The position numbers and the translations under genes are program-made. The notes under the pieces were generated by a model. The model had not been told where the DNA came from. It saw only the letters and a list, made by a program, of their open reading frames with translations, and ran no database searches. Of a stretch of DNA of 64,000 bases, positions 1-8,993 are shown piece after piece. Position 1 is the first letter of the stretch; every line of letters starts with the position of its first letter. The stretch lies in IMG/VR virus record IMGVR_UViG_3300036768_001490, positions 32,001-96,000 of that record. The stretch is one strand, 5' to 3'. This DNA comes from a virus.

Positions 1-302
1 GGGAGGAAGGTAGCGTCGGAGATGAAGGCATCGTCGCGCACGTCGTAGGTGATGCGCGGGTCGAGCCGGGTCAGGAAGACTTCGAGCGGAGAGGAGTGCA
101 GAACGGCCAGGAGCTGACGGACCCGGTAGTTCAGCATGACCCGGTCGGGGTCCGCGCCGAACAGGACGGTACGGACCGTGTCGAGGTAGCTGGGCAGCTC
201 CAGGGCCGTGAACTCGGGCGGCACCATCTCCTCGCCGGGGTAGTCGGCCAGGCGGTCCGAGCCGGTCACGTTCAGCAGCAGCGTCCGCGCGTGGTTGAGC
301 AT
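1..302 (-). CDS. Hypothetical protein, probably baseplate module; runs off the left edge (partial)
   Basis: ATG at 302 directly follows the TGA of the upstream gene; open frame MLNHARTLLLNVTGSDRLADYPGEE... to the window edge. Function from position only. Confidence 0.5.
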   Translation of the reverse strand, partial: MLNHARTLLLNVTGSDRLADYPGEEMVPPEFTALELPSYLDTVRTVLFGADPDRVMLNYRVRQLLAVLHSSPLEVFLTRLDPRITYDVRDDAFISDATFL

Positions 303-767
303 TCAAGCCTCCGGCAACGAGGCCATGTTCACGTCCCATTGGACCAGCTTGAGCGCTACATCGACGACGTGTTCGTCGAAGCTGGTGACGAACCCCTCGA
401 TGGTAGTGTCGCCGATGGTCACGCGCACCGGGTCTTTGTTCTTGGACGTCCGGTTGCTCTTGTACCACTCCATCATCTTGCTGGCGCCGGAGTCGTTGCT
501 GTCGGGGCACTGGCAGGCGAAGGCCAGGCCGGACAGACTGACCTGGCCCATGCGGTCGCCAAACACGTAGATGTAGATGAGCGAGCCCAGCGTGTGCAGG
601 AACTGGACGTTGACCTGCTGGTGGACGGTCAGCTGCGTCACGATGGAGCGCTGCGTCTGGAACGTGATCTCTGCCGGCTGCTGGATAGAGAAACGGATGT
701 CGCACTGCGCTGCCGGGTCGTCCAGCTGGGCCACGGTCCCCGGCTTGGTTGCAAACAGGGTTGGCAT
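303..767 (-). CDS. Tube-like baseplate/tail-tube initiator protein (putative)
   Basis: 154 aa from ATG 767, 2 nt after the tape-measure stop. Beta-rich pattern (QFLHTLGSLIYIYVFGDRMGQVSLSG) resembles tube-fold proteins; located right after the TMP. Confidence 0.45.
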   Translation of the reverse strand: MPTLFATKPGTVAQLDDPAAQCDIRFSIQQPAEITFQTQRSIVTQLTVHQQVNVQFLHTLGSLIYIYVFGDRMGQVSLSGLAFACQCPDSNDSGASKMMEWYKSNRTSKNKDPVRVTIGDTTIEGFVTSFDEHVVDVALKLVQWDVNMASLPEA

Positions 768-769
768 GC

Positions 770-3700
770 CTAGCGCCCTCCTGGTCGATACCCTGGGCTG
801 CCACCCCAGAAGGCAGCCAGGTCGCCGCGGTAGCCCCCGTCGCTGAAGTAGATGTTCAGGCTGCCCTCGATCCGGGACGGCCGCTGCCAGACGTCGGCCT
901 GCTGCTGCCGCTGGTCCTGCTGCCGCATCTCCGCCTGGACGCCGTGGAAAGCCTGGCTGTAGAGCGACAGCAGGTCGCTTTCCGAGCTGTGCTTGCGCCG
1001 GCTGCCGAACTGGAGGAACCTTGTCTTTTCCTGCAACTGGATGGCGCGCTCGAAATCCTGCCATGCGGCCTGGCCTGCCGGGGTCAGGACGTTGTCCTTC
1101 ATCTCGAAGCCGTATTTCCGCTGGAAATTCTCCAGTGCTTCCTGCCGTTTCTTTTCGTCCGTGATCTTCAAGACGTCGAAGTAGGCTTTGGCCATTTCAT
1201 CGACGGCTTCGGTCCCTTGCTTTTTGCTCGCCCCCTCTGCCCGCTTGCGCAGGCTGCGGTGCGTTTCCACCAGGGCGCGGCCCAGTTCCTTGCCGCGCGG
1301 GACGTGCATCATGGCCGCGACGTCCTCGGCGTGCTTGCTCAGGACCCTATCATCTCCTGGCGGGTGGAAGCCGTATTCTTGCAGGATGCCTCGCACGATG
1401 GCCTTGGGGTCTTCGTCCTCGCGTCGGGCAGCCTCCTGCTGCATGCGTTCCAGGCGCTTGCGGATGGACTCTATCCCGGGCAGGTCTTCGCGCCGCAGAC
1501 CTTGTTCCTTGAGGATCTGGTCCAGTTCCTTGGCCGCCCGGTCGCGCTCGTTGAGCACGTCGCGGACCTCTCCCAGGCCGCTCTCGGTGATGAAGCCCTT
1601 GCGCTGGATGTACTTGTCCGGGGACACGCCGAACCGTTGCGCATCCTGGGCAATGGACTGCTTGGCCTTCTGCTGCGCTTCCCTGGCCTCGTCGATCTTC
1701 CTCCGGACGTCGGCCAGCTTCTGGTCGATGCTGGCCCGTCGCTTGTTCTTCTCCTCGTCGTTGATGTCGCTCCCCAGCTGGGCCCGGCCGCGCTCCAGCA
1801 GCGCGGCCTGGGAGCGCAGGGCAGCCTCGGACTGCACCGCCTTGTTGTAATCCGACCTCGCCTGGTCCAGGCGCTTCTTCTCCTCCGGCGTGATGACCAG
1901 GTTCTTGTCCTGGCCCGTGGCGGACTTCTCCAGCGCCTCCAGGCTCACTCCGGTCGTTTCGGCCATGCGCTGGAGCCGGGCCGTGCTGGCCTGGTAACGG
2001 GAGATGGCGTCTTCCTGGTCCGGCGACAGCTGCCGCAGGACGCCGACGCCTCGTGCCAGTCTCTCCACCTGGTACTGTTCCTCGTCCGTCATGACCTGGT
2101 TGCGGTCAATGCGCAGGAAGTCCATTGCCCTGGCCAGGCTGGACATGATCTCTTTCTGCTTGTCCGCAATCTGCTTCTTTTCCTCCGTGCTCAGCCTGTT
2201 CTCCTGGAGCTTGCTCAGGATGCCAAGCTCATGGGCAGCGTACTCCTTGCTGGCCAGGCCCTGCTGGACGGCCCATACCCGATTCTTGTCCTCGCTGGAC
2301 AGCTTGGACGGGTCTCCCTTCAGGCCGAGAATCGCCATCGCCTTGGCCGTGTCGGGTCCGACGCCGGAGATGGCCGCGATGATGTTTTCCATCTCCTTCT
2401 TGCTCAGCTCGCGCTTGTGGCTCAGGTTGAGCAGGTACTTGGCCTCCTCCCTGTCGCCCATCCGTTCGCGCCGTTGCTGCACGCGCCGCTGCAAGTCCTC
2501 GCTCATTCGGTCCAGCGGCAACCGCATCTGCCAGCGCGCGTAGTTCAGGCTGGCCATGCCATACTTTACCGCCAGGTAGCGCGCCTGCTCGTCCTCGCTC
2601 AGGTCCGCCTTGTCCGGGTCGATACGTGCCAGGTAGCGGATGCGCTGGTCCTGGACGAGGCCGAGCTGCACCGTCTTGATGCGCATTTCCTGTTCTTCCC
2701 GGTTCGGGTCTTTGTTCAGCATCTCCTCGGTCAGGCCGAGCAGCTGCATGGCCTCATTCCGGTCCGCGACGCCCTCGCGCATGCGCTTGAGTACATTTTG
2801 CTTCTCGTCCGGGCTCAGCCGGTCCCAGCGCTCACGGCCGTAGATGCCGATGGCTTCATCCAGTGTGCCGACGCCGAAGCGCAGGCCCGTGACCAGGGCC
2901 TCCTGGAACTCGGACAGGTTGCGTGCCTCTGGGTCGATGCCCAGGGCGCGACGGGCGTTTTCTTCCCGACCTAGTTCCATCGCCCGTTCGCGCACGCGGG
3001 CCAGCTGGTCTGGCGACAGGTCCTGGTTCTTGAGCTGTTGCAGCTGCTGGATCTTGTCCTTATCAACGGGTTTGCCTTCGCGCTGGGCCCTGGCAGTGAT
3101 GTCCTGGATCTCCTCGTCGATGACGGCGCTGCGCGCCTCGTGCTCGTCTCCCAGGCGGAACTGCCGCCCCGGCTTGCCGTACTGCTCGCGCAGGGCCTGG
3201 CCAATGGCCAGGTGGCGCTGCTGGATGGCAGCGACTTCCGAGCGCACGCGCGCGATGGTCTGGCGTCCTTCTGGCGTGGTTGGACTGATGTTGTAGTTCT
3301 GGGCCAGGAGGCGGGCCATGTCGTTGGACGTGTGGAGCATCGCCAGCTCCCGCAGGCGTTGCAGGTCGCGCCGCAGGATGTCGCTGTACTCGATGGCCCG
3401 GCCGCCGAGCCGCTGCACTATCTGCGGCGTCTGTACGAGGCGCGAGGCCATGTTTTCCATGTCTTGCACGAAGCGGTCTGTCCGCTCCCGGAAGGCAGCG
3501 CCTTCCTCCGAGGACCAGAACTTGGCAAACCTTTCCTGCTGATCCATCTCGCGCTTCTTCAGGATCATGCGGTCGATCATGGTCTGGTGGACATCTTCTA
3601 TGCTCTTTCCCCGCATGCTCGGGTTGGCTTCCACGAAGCGCTGGACCTCGTCCTCGGTTGGCAGCCGGAATTCCGGCATGGCCTTGAACTGCTTGCGGTC

Positions 3701-6700
3701 TTCTTCCGTGACGGTGTGCATACGATCCATGCGCTCGGCGAACAAGGCGCCGATGGCCTGGGACACGACGTGGGGCGTGCGCAGCCTGTCGTACAGCGGT
3801 TGGACTTCATTCTGGTGCCGTTCGTACTCTTCCTTGGTGTAGGAAGTGCCGTCGGTGTCCTTCCACTTCTCACGGTCGGGCCTGCCGGCCTCTACCCAGC
3901 GCCGGTGCTTTTCCGCCAGTGGAACCAGGCCGCTCCGCTTGGCGTCGCCGGCGAGTTGCTTCTTGACGATTTCCCAGTTCATCCGGTCGGCTGCCTGCTC
4001 GATCTCGTCGGTCCGGACGCCCAGGCGGGCGGCGCGAAGGGTAGCGCTCAGGATCTCGCTGGCCTCACGCTCGGTAAGCATGTTCTGGTTCTGTTCGACC
4101 AGGGCCTTCACGTCTTCCTGGCTGGGGCGCAGCGGCACGAGGCGCCGCTGCATGAGGATGAAGGACCGGACCTCGTCGTCGCTCAGGAACTCGGCCTTCG
4201 CGCTCATCGCTTTGACCTGGTCCGGGTCGATTTCGCCGGCCTCGGCCTGCATGGCCCGCAGCGCCTCCGCTTTGACCTGGGACTCGGGCGCGTTGGCCCC
4301 TAGCATCTGCCGCGCCTTGGCCGTCTCGAAATTGAACATTTTACTGAGCCGGTCGTCCAGCTTGAGTTCATCGAGCCTCTTCTGCGCTTCCTTCAGCTTG
4401 TCCTTGTCCGCTTTATCGCCGAGCGACTTCAGGATGGCGACCTGTTGCTCCGCCTCGATGTACTGGGAGATGCGCTCGATGTCCTTTTGCTTGCGCGTCA
4501 GGAGGACAGCGGACGCCTCCGCCACGCCGATAGGCTTGCCCTGGAAATGCTCCCTGACGTAACGGATGTCACGGGGATCGACCTCCTGGCCGAAACCGCC
4601 GCGCAGGCCGACAATGTCGTTCTGCATGGTGATAAGGTTGCGCGCCTCGCCCTGGAAGCGCTCGATGTCTTCCTGGGACATTCCTTCGGCCGTGAACAGG
4701 CCGAAGGGCTCTCCTGCCTTCACCAGCTCGACGGCCTGGGCATGGAGTTCGCGTTGGGCGACGCGGATACGGTCCAGCAGGCTGGCGCGTATCTCCGGGT
4801 CTGACTCGCGCTGGACCTGATCCTGCATGTCTTCCAGTTCCCGGCGCTTCTCCTGGATCTGGCGGAAGCGCGGCATGAGCGCCCGGTTGATGTCCTGCTT
4901 GCGGATGCCGCCCAGGGCCTGGGCAATGACCGCTTGCAGGCCGTTCGGGTCGTCGGGTCGGACGTTTTGCAGGGCTTCCACGGCACGGGACAGGATGGTG
5001 CCCCTGCCCAGCGGCGCCAGCGCCTTCTGGTTTTCGGCATGGAAGCGCGCTTGCATCTGCTGCCGGTCGGCCTCGTCCAGCGTCAGCCGGTTGTGCAGGC
5101 GGTGTACGTTCTGCACATTGCCGTGGCCGCGAAAGACGCTGGAACGCAGGGCCACGTTGGCGCTGCCGATGAAGCGGTCCGCGGTCTGGCGCAGGAATTG
5201 CCGCTGCTGGCCCTCGTCCATGTCGCCGAACACGTCTTCGTGGCCGGCTGCCCGCAGCTCCTCCCGCAGGATGTTCGCAATGGCGTCGTTGCGCATCTGC
5301 GTGTCAGAGAACTCCTCGGTGCTGAGGTCGAAGATGCGCCGGTTGGCCCGCTGGTACACGTCATCGGCTGCCCGGTTGGCCCGTTGTCTTGCTTCTTCGG
5401 CAGGGAGCCCTTGCCGCTCCAGCTGCTCCCGCAAGCGGCCCTGCAAGGTGCCGCGCAGGGACATGCCGATGAAGTCGCGCACCTCGTCTCCCTGCAACCG
5501 TCGGACGAGCGCGTCCAGGCCGAGGTTGGAGATCTGCTCCCGGTTGGTTTCGCGCTGTTGCAGCATGCTGGCAATGTCGCTGCTGCTGATGTTCGCTGGC
5601 CGCCCCTGGCGGTCCTGGGCTGACTGCATCAGGCGGTAGAACTCGCTGTCGCTGATGTTGACGCTGCGCAGTTGACCTGTCTCGTCCCGGAAAGTGCTGG
5701 CGCCGGTGCGGACGGCCTGGACGTAGCGGGCCGCGGCGGAGTCCTCCTGGAAGCCGCCGACCTGTTCCGCCAGGCGCACGGCTGCGGCCATGCGGTTTGC
5801 CAGGTTCGAGGCGGCCGCCTGCACGCGCAGGTTCGCGTCCATCTGCTGCATCTGGTCCGCGTTGAACACGCCCCAGGCAACGTGGGCGGCGTGTCCCTGG
5901 GCGCGGTAGGCGCCGCCGAAGCCGAGTGCTCCCTGGGTCGCCTGCACGCCGAAGATGGGCTCCAGCCCGAGTCCGGACGCCCGGGCCTGAGCGTGCTGCT
6001 GCAACATGAGGGCGTTGTCGAGCGGCACCCCTGTCTGCCTGGCCAGGTTGTACGTCTGCCGGGCCATCATACCCAGCCTTCCCGGGTCGATCTGCCCGAG
6101 GGAGCCTCCGGTCAGGGCCTCCAGCCCAGAGATCAGTTCCTGCATGGGGGCGTTGGGCCGCCCCATGTCGCCGAAGATGTCGCGCATGGCCGCCACGGCG
6201 GCCGTGTAGGAGCGCAGCGACCGCTTGACCCGGTCCGTATCGAAGGAGCGGATCCTGTCCGCTACCGTAGAGTCGAGCGCGAGCTTGTCGATGTCCTCGG
6301 GCGTCAGCCGGTCCAGCCCCTGACTGACGTTTACTTTTTGCGCCCGCGCGGCCCGCGCCAGGTCGTCGGGCTGGTGCCGCTCCATCTCGATGATGGCGCG
6401 CATGGCCTGGGAGCGCGGGTCGTCCGGCCGCCATTCGCCCCAGCGCCGTTCCGTGGCGGCGGTGCCGAGCATGCCGCGCGCTTGCAGTTCCTGGATGAGC
6501 GCTCCGGCCTGGCCGGCGGATATGCCCAGCATCCGCGGCAGGTTCTCGTCCGAGTACAGGTCGGCGAAGATGTTCCGTGCCATGCGGCCTGCCGACTCGC
6601 TAGACATGCCCATGCGCCCCGTGACCGGGTCTATGCGGTAGCGCCCCGCTTCCATGATGCGCCGGGCCAGGATCACGGACGATCCCTTGATCCCGCCGAG

Positions 6701-7147
6701 CTGTTCGATGAACCCTGGCATGAACTCGGCAAGGAACGGTGTGACCGTGACGGCCATGTCGGCCAAAGAGTGGGCAGCGGCGCGCTGCTGGACGCCAAAG
6801 GGGGTGCCAGTGATAGCGGCCAGGCCGCGGAAGGAGCGGAAGAACTGTTCCCGGTCGGAGCGGGCTGCCTCGCGCACGGCTTCCTGGATCATACCCTGGA
6901 AGCGCTGGTACATGATGCGGTCGTACAGGTTCTGGTCGTGTCCGACCCCCATCGGTACCATGCCGACCTGGCCCATCATATGGCTCAGCATCGGCTGGAG
7001 GAACATGCTGGCCAGCTGCCCGAGTCCGCCCTGGATGAAGGGTATACCTTGCAGCGACGAGGCATACGGGGCCGGCTGGCTCGGGTCCGCCAGCGGGATG
7101 TATCCGGCGGACATCTGCGTGAGCATGGCCGTGGCTGACTGCTGCAT
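770..7147 (-). CDS. Tape measure protein
   Basis: 2125 aa, A/R/E/Q/L-rich helical composition with Gly/hydrophobic stretches near the N-terminus; follows the chaperone pair, downstream of sheath and tube. Confidence 0.75.
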   Translation of the reverse strand: MQQSATAMLTQMSAGYIPLADPSQPAPYASSLQGIPFIQGGLGQLASMFLQPMLSHMMGQVGMVPMGVGHDQNLYDRIMYQRFQGMIQEAVREAARSDREQFFRSFRGLAAITGTPFGVQQRAAAHSLADMAVTVTPFLAEFMPGFIEQLGGIKGSSVILARRIMEAGRYRIDPVTGRMGMSSESAGRMARNIFADLYSDENLPRMLGISAGQAGALIQELQARGMLGTAATERRWGEWRPDDPRSQAMRAIIEMERHQPDDLARAARAQKVNVSQGLDRLTPEDIDKLALDSTVADRIRSFDTDRVKRSLRSYTAAVAAMRDIFGDMGRPNAPMQELISGLEALTGGSLGQIDPGRLGMMARQTYNLARQTGVPLDNALMLQQHAQARASGLGLEPIFGVQATQGALGFGGAYRAQGHAAHVAWGVFNADQMQQMDANLRVQAAASNLANRMAAAVRLAEQVGGFQEDSAAARYVQAVRTGASTFRDETGQLRSVNISDSEFYRLMQSAQDRQGRPANISSSDIASMLQQRETNREQISNLGLDALVRRLQGDEVRDFIGMSLRGTLQGRLREQLERQGLPAEEARQRANRAADDVYQRANRRIFDLSTEEFSDTQMRNDAIANILREELRAAGHEDVFGDMDEGQQRQFLRQTADRFIGSANVALRSSVFRGHGNVQNVHRLHNRLTLDEADRQQMQARFHAENQKALAPLGRGTILSRAVEALQNVRPDDPNGLQAVIAQALGGIRKQDINRALMPRFRQIQEKRRELEDMQDQVQRESDPEIRASLLDRIRVAQRELHAQAVELVKAGEPFGLFTAEGMSQEDIERFQGEARNLITMQNDIVGLRGGFGQEVDPRDIRYVREHFQGKPIGVAEASAVLLTRKQKDIERISQYIEAEQQVAILKSLGDKADKDKLKEAQKRLDELKLDDRLSKMFNFETAKARQMLGANAPESQVKAEALRAMQAEAGEIDPDQVKAMSAKAEFLSDDEVRSFILMQRRLVPLRPSQEDVKALVEQNQNMLTEREASEILSATLRAARLGVRTDEIEQAADRMNWEIVKKQLAGDAKRSGLVPLAEKHRRWVEAGRPDREKWKDTDGTSYTKEEYERHQNEVQPLYDRLRTPHVVSQAIGALFAERMDRMHTVTEEDRKQFKAMPEFRLPTEDEVQRFVEANPSMRGKSIEDVHQTMIDRMILKKREMDQQERFAKFWSSEEGAAFRERTDRFVQDMENMASRLVQTPQIVQRLGGRAIEYSDILRRDLQRLRELAMLHTSNDMARLLAQNYNISPTTPEGRQTIARVRSEVAAIQQRHLAIGQALREQYGKPGRQFRLGDEHEARSAVIDEEIQDITARAQREGKPVDKDKIQQLQQLKNQDLSPDQLARVRERAMELGREENARRALGIDPEARNLSEFQEALVTGLRFGVGTLDEAIGIYGRERWDRLSPDEKQNVLKRMREGVADRNEAMQLLGLTEEMLNKDPNREEQEMRIKTVQLGLVQDQRIRYLARIDPDKADLSEDEQARYLAVKYGMASLNYARWQMRLPLDRMSEDLQRRVQQRRERMGDREEAKYLLNLSHKRELSKKEMENIIAAISGVGPDTAKAMAILGLKGDPSKLSSEDKNRVWAVQQGLASKEYAAHELGILSKLQENRLSTEEKKQIADKQKEIMSSLARAMDFLRIDRNQVMTDEEQYQVERLARGVGVLRQLSPDQEDAISRYQASTARLQRMAETTGVSLEALEKSATGQDKNLVITPEEKKRLDQARSDYNKAVQSEAALRSQAALLERGRAQLGSDINDEEKNKRRASIDQKLADVRRKIDEAREAQQKAKQSIAQDAQRFGVSPDKYIQRKGFITESGLGEVRDVLNERDRAAKELDQILKEQGLRREDLPGIESIRKRLERMQQEAARREDEDPKAIVRGILQEYGFHPPGDDRVLSKHAEDVAAMMHVPRGKELGRALVETHRSLRKRAEGASKKQGTEAVDEMAKAYFDVLKITDEKKRQEALENFQRKYGFEMKDNVLTPAGQAAWQDFERAIQLQEKTRFLQFGSRRKHSSESDLLSLYSQAFHGVQAEMRQQDQRQQQADVWQRPSRIEGSLNIYFSDGGYRGDLAAFWGGSPGYRPGGR

Positions 7148-7149
7148 CC

Positions 7150-7704
7150 CTATCTCCTGGCTGCCTTTGCCGCCTGCTCTAGTGCCTCGGCCCTGCGGCG
7201 GTCACGCTCTGCGATGGCTTTTTCGATCCGGTTGCTACTTTCCTTATCCCTGTTCCGTTCAGAACGCTTGCGCTCCGTCTCGCGTTTGAACTCTTCAGCC
7301 ATCTTGTCGAGGCGGGCACGGACCTCCGGGTCGCTCGGGTCGCCAAAGACCGACTTGTACAGCTCAGTGAGTCTGTCTATTTCGGACTGGACGGTGTTGT
7401 CCCCTTTCTTCTGCGCGGCCCACGGCTGGAGAAGGTGAATGATGTCGCGGAGGATCGCCTGCGCGCGCTTTTGCGCCTCGGCAAAGTCCTCGTCCCGGAT
7501 GCCGCTGTTGCCGACCAGGGCCAGCTGGTAGTGCAGGGCCTGCATCAGTCCTTGGACCTCGTCGTCGTCAGCCAAGGCGCGGATGAGCAGGTTGGCCCGG
7601 CGCCACCAACGTACGTCGCGGACGTCAGCCTGGCGGAAGTCGATGATCCCGCGCGCCGCCGCCCGGATCGTCAGGACTGCACCCTGGTCGGTCGCCAAAA
7701 ATCC
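7150..7704 (-). CDS. Tail assembly chaperone, downstream (T-like) segment, probably reached by -1 frameshift
   Basis: Open frame overlapping the end of 7671..8984 in the -1 frame at GGATTTTTG; no convincing independent start with SD; lies immediately before the TMP. Confidence 0.5.
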   Translation of the reverse strand, partial: GFLATDQGAVLTIRAAARGIIDFRQADVRDVRWWRRANLLIRALADDDEVQGLMQALHYQLALVGNSGIRDEDFAEAQKRAQAILRDIIHLLQPWAAQKKGDNTVQSEIDRLTELYKSVFGDPSDPEVRARLDKMAEEFKRETERKRSERNRDKESSNRIEKAIAERDRRRAEALEQAAKAARR

Positions 7705-8984
7705 GAGTGGTACGCCATTGCCTCCATCTTGGCCACCAGCCGGTTGAACTGGTGGCACGTGTTGTTGACCACGCGGAAGACCGCCTCGGTCTTGAGCACC
7801 TCGCGGATGATGTACTCCTCGATGCGGGGCAGCGGCGTGGCATCCTGCTGCAACAGGTAGCTGCCGTCGTCGTCCTTCCACCAGAAGCCGGTTCCGGACT
7901 CGTTGGTGCTCTTGGACAGAGCGTCGGGCAGGTCGTGGAAGAAGCCTCCCTGGTCCGGCAGGCCGTTGCTGCGGAGCTGCTGGAGCTGGAGGAACAGCCG
8001 GTAGCGGTTAATCTTTTCCCAGAAGTCTACCTCGGTAGGCAGCTTGCCCAGGGCTCGGTCGCTGAACGCCTGCTTGTAGACCGTGTCAATCTCCCTGGGC
8101 GTCAGGGTGCGGAAGACGACGGTGACGGCGCCGCCAAACAGTTCGTACTCTTTCGACCAGCAGCGGGCCCCCAGCAGGGCGTGCAGGAACGACATCTTGT
8201 CGGCGTAGGGAGGCTCGGGGACGTCCGGCTGGCTCAAGTCCCACAGGCAGTGAGGGCAAAAGGAAGGCTGGACTTCGGCCCCCGTTTCCGTCCTGTACTT
8301 CTCCTTCTCCTTTTCCTTTTCTGCTTTGGCGGCAGGCGCCGCGCTGGGGGCTTGCCTTGGCCCTTCGGTCGGAGCGTCCTGGGTAGGGGTAGCAGCAGGT
8401 GGTTGCCGTTGCGGCCGGTCGTCCTCGATCTCCAGGACGGCCGCCTGTTCCGGCTGCCTTGACGCTGCTGCCTTCGGGACCGCGATAAGGGCCTGGTGCA
8501 TCATCGGAGCGGCGCCCTTGTCGTTCTTCTCCTGGCTGATCGCCTGCTGGAACTTGGCCAGGCTGTGCATGGCTGACAGGATGCTGGCGCGTTCCTCCGG
8601 GTTCAGTTCGTGCAGTTCCTTGGTCACGGGTGGCTGGAAGGCCGTCACCTTTGCTTCCGCTGGCAAGATGACTGCTTCTCCGGCCTCTGCTTTCTTTTCC
8701 TTGGCTGCCTGGACCAGCAGGCCGGTCACTCCGGATGGCGGGATCGGCATGTCCTCGGTCCAGCCGACAGCTTCCAGCGCCGCTCGCTCTTGCTCGGTCA
8801 GGTTGGACGGCACCACGCCGGCCGCCTTGCCGGCTGGAGTGGCAGACCGTCCTCCTGCCGTGGCCGTGGCAGGAGGAGGTGTAGGTGCGGACGCGGGTGG
8901 CGGCACCGGTGCCAGCCCCTGACCGGTGGCCCGCGCTAGCAGGTCGTCCCGTGCTTTTCTGGCCAGGTCAATGTCTCTCGGCAT
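7671..8984 (-). CDS. Tail assembly chaperone (G-like) with Pro/Ala-rich N-terminal extension and CPHC motif
   Basis: C-terminal half (GGAVTVVFRTLTPREIDTVYKQAF...) has the pattern of myovirus tail chaperones; position upstream of the TMP; ends ...SDFW at a T-run. Confidence 0.5.
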   Translation of the reverse strand: MPRDIDLARKARDDLLARATGQGLAPVPPPASAPTPPPATATAGGRSATPAGKAAGVVPSNLTEQERAALEAVGWTEDMPIPPSGVTGLLVQAAKEKKAEAGEAVILPAEAKVTAFQPPVTKELHELNPEERASILSAMHSLAKFQQAISQEKNDKGAAPMMHQALIAVPKAAASRQPEQAAVLEIEDDRPQRQPPAATPTQDAPTEGPRQAPSAAPAAKAEKEKEKEKYRTETGAEVQPSFCPHCLWDLSQPDVPEPPYADKMSFLHALLGARCWSKEYELFGGAVTVVFRTLTPREIDTVYKQAFSDRALGKLPTEVDFWEKINRYRLFLQLQQLRSNGLPDQGGFFHDLPDALSKSTNESGTGFWWKDDDGSYLLQQDATPLPRIEEYIIREVLKTEAVFRVVNNTCHQFNRLVAKMEAMAYHSDFWRPTRVQS

Positions 8985-8993
8985 GACTGTCCC

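Noticed and set aside
7695-7705. Third copy of the 17-bp motif (CGGATTTTTGG)
   Set aside because: Only a partial match, inside coding sequence, and better explained as the frameshift site.
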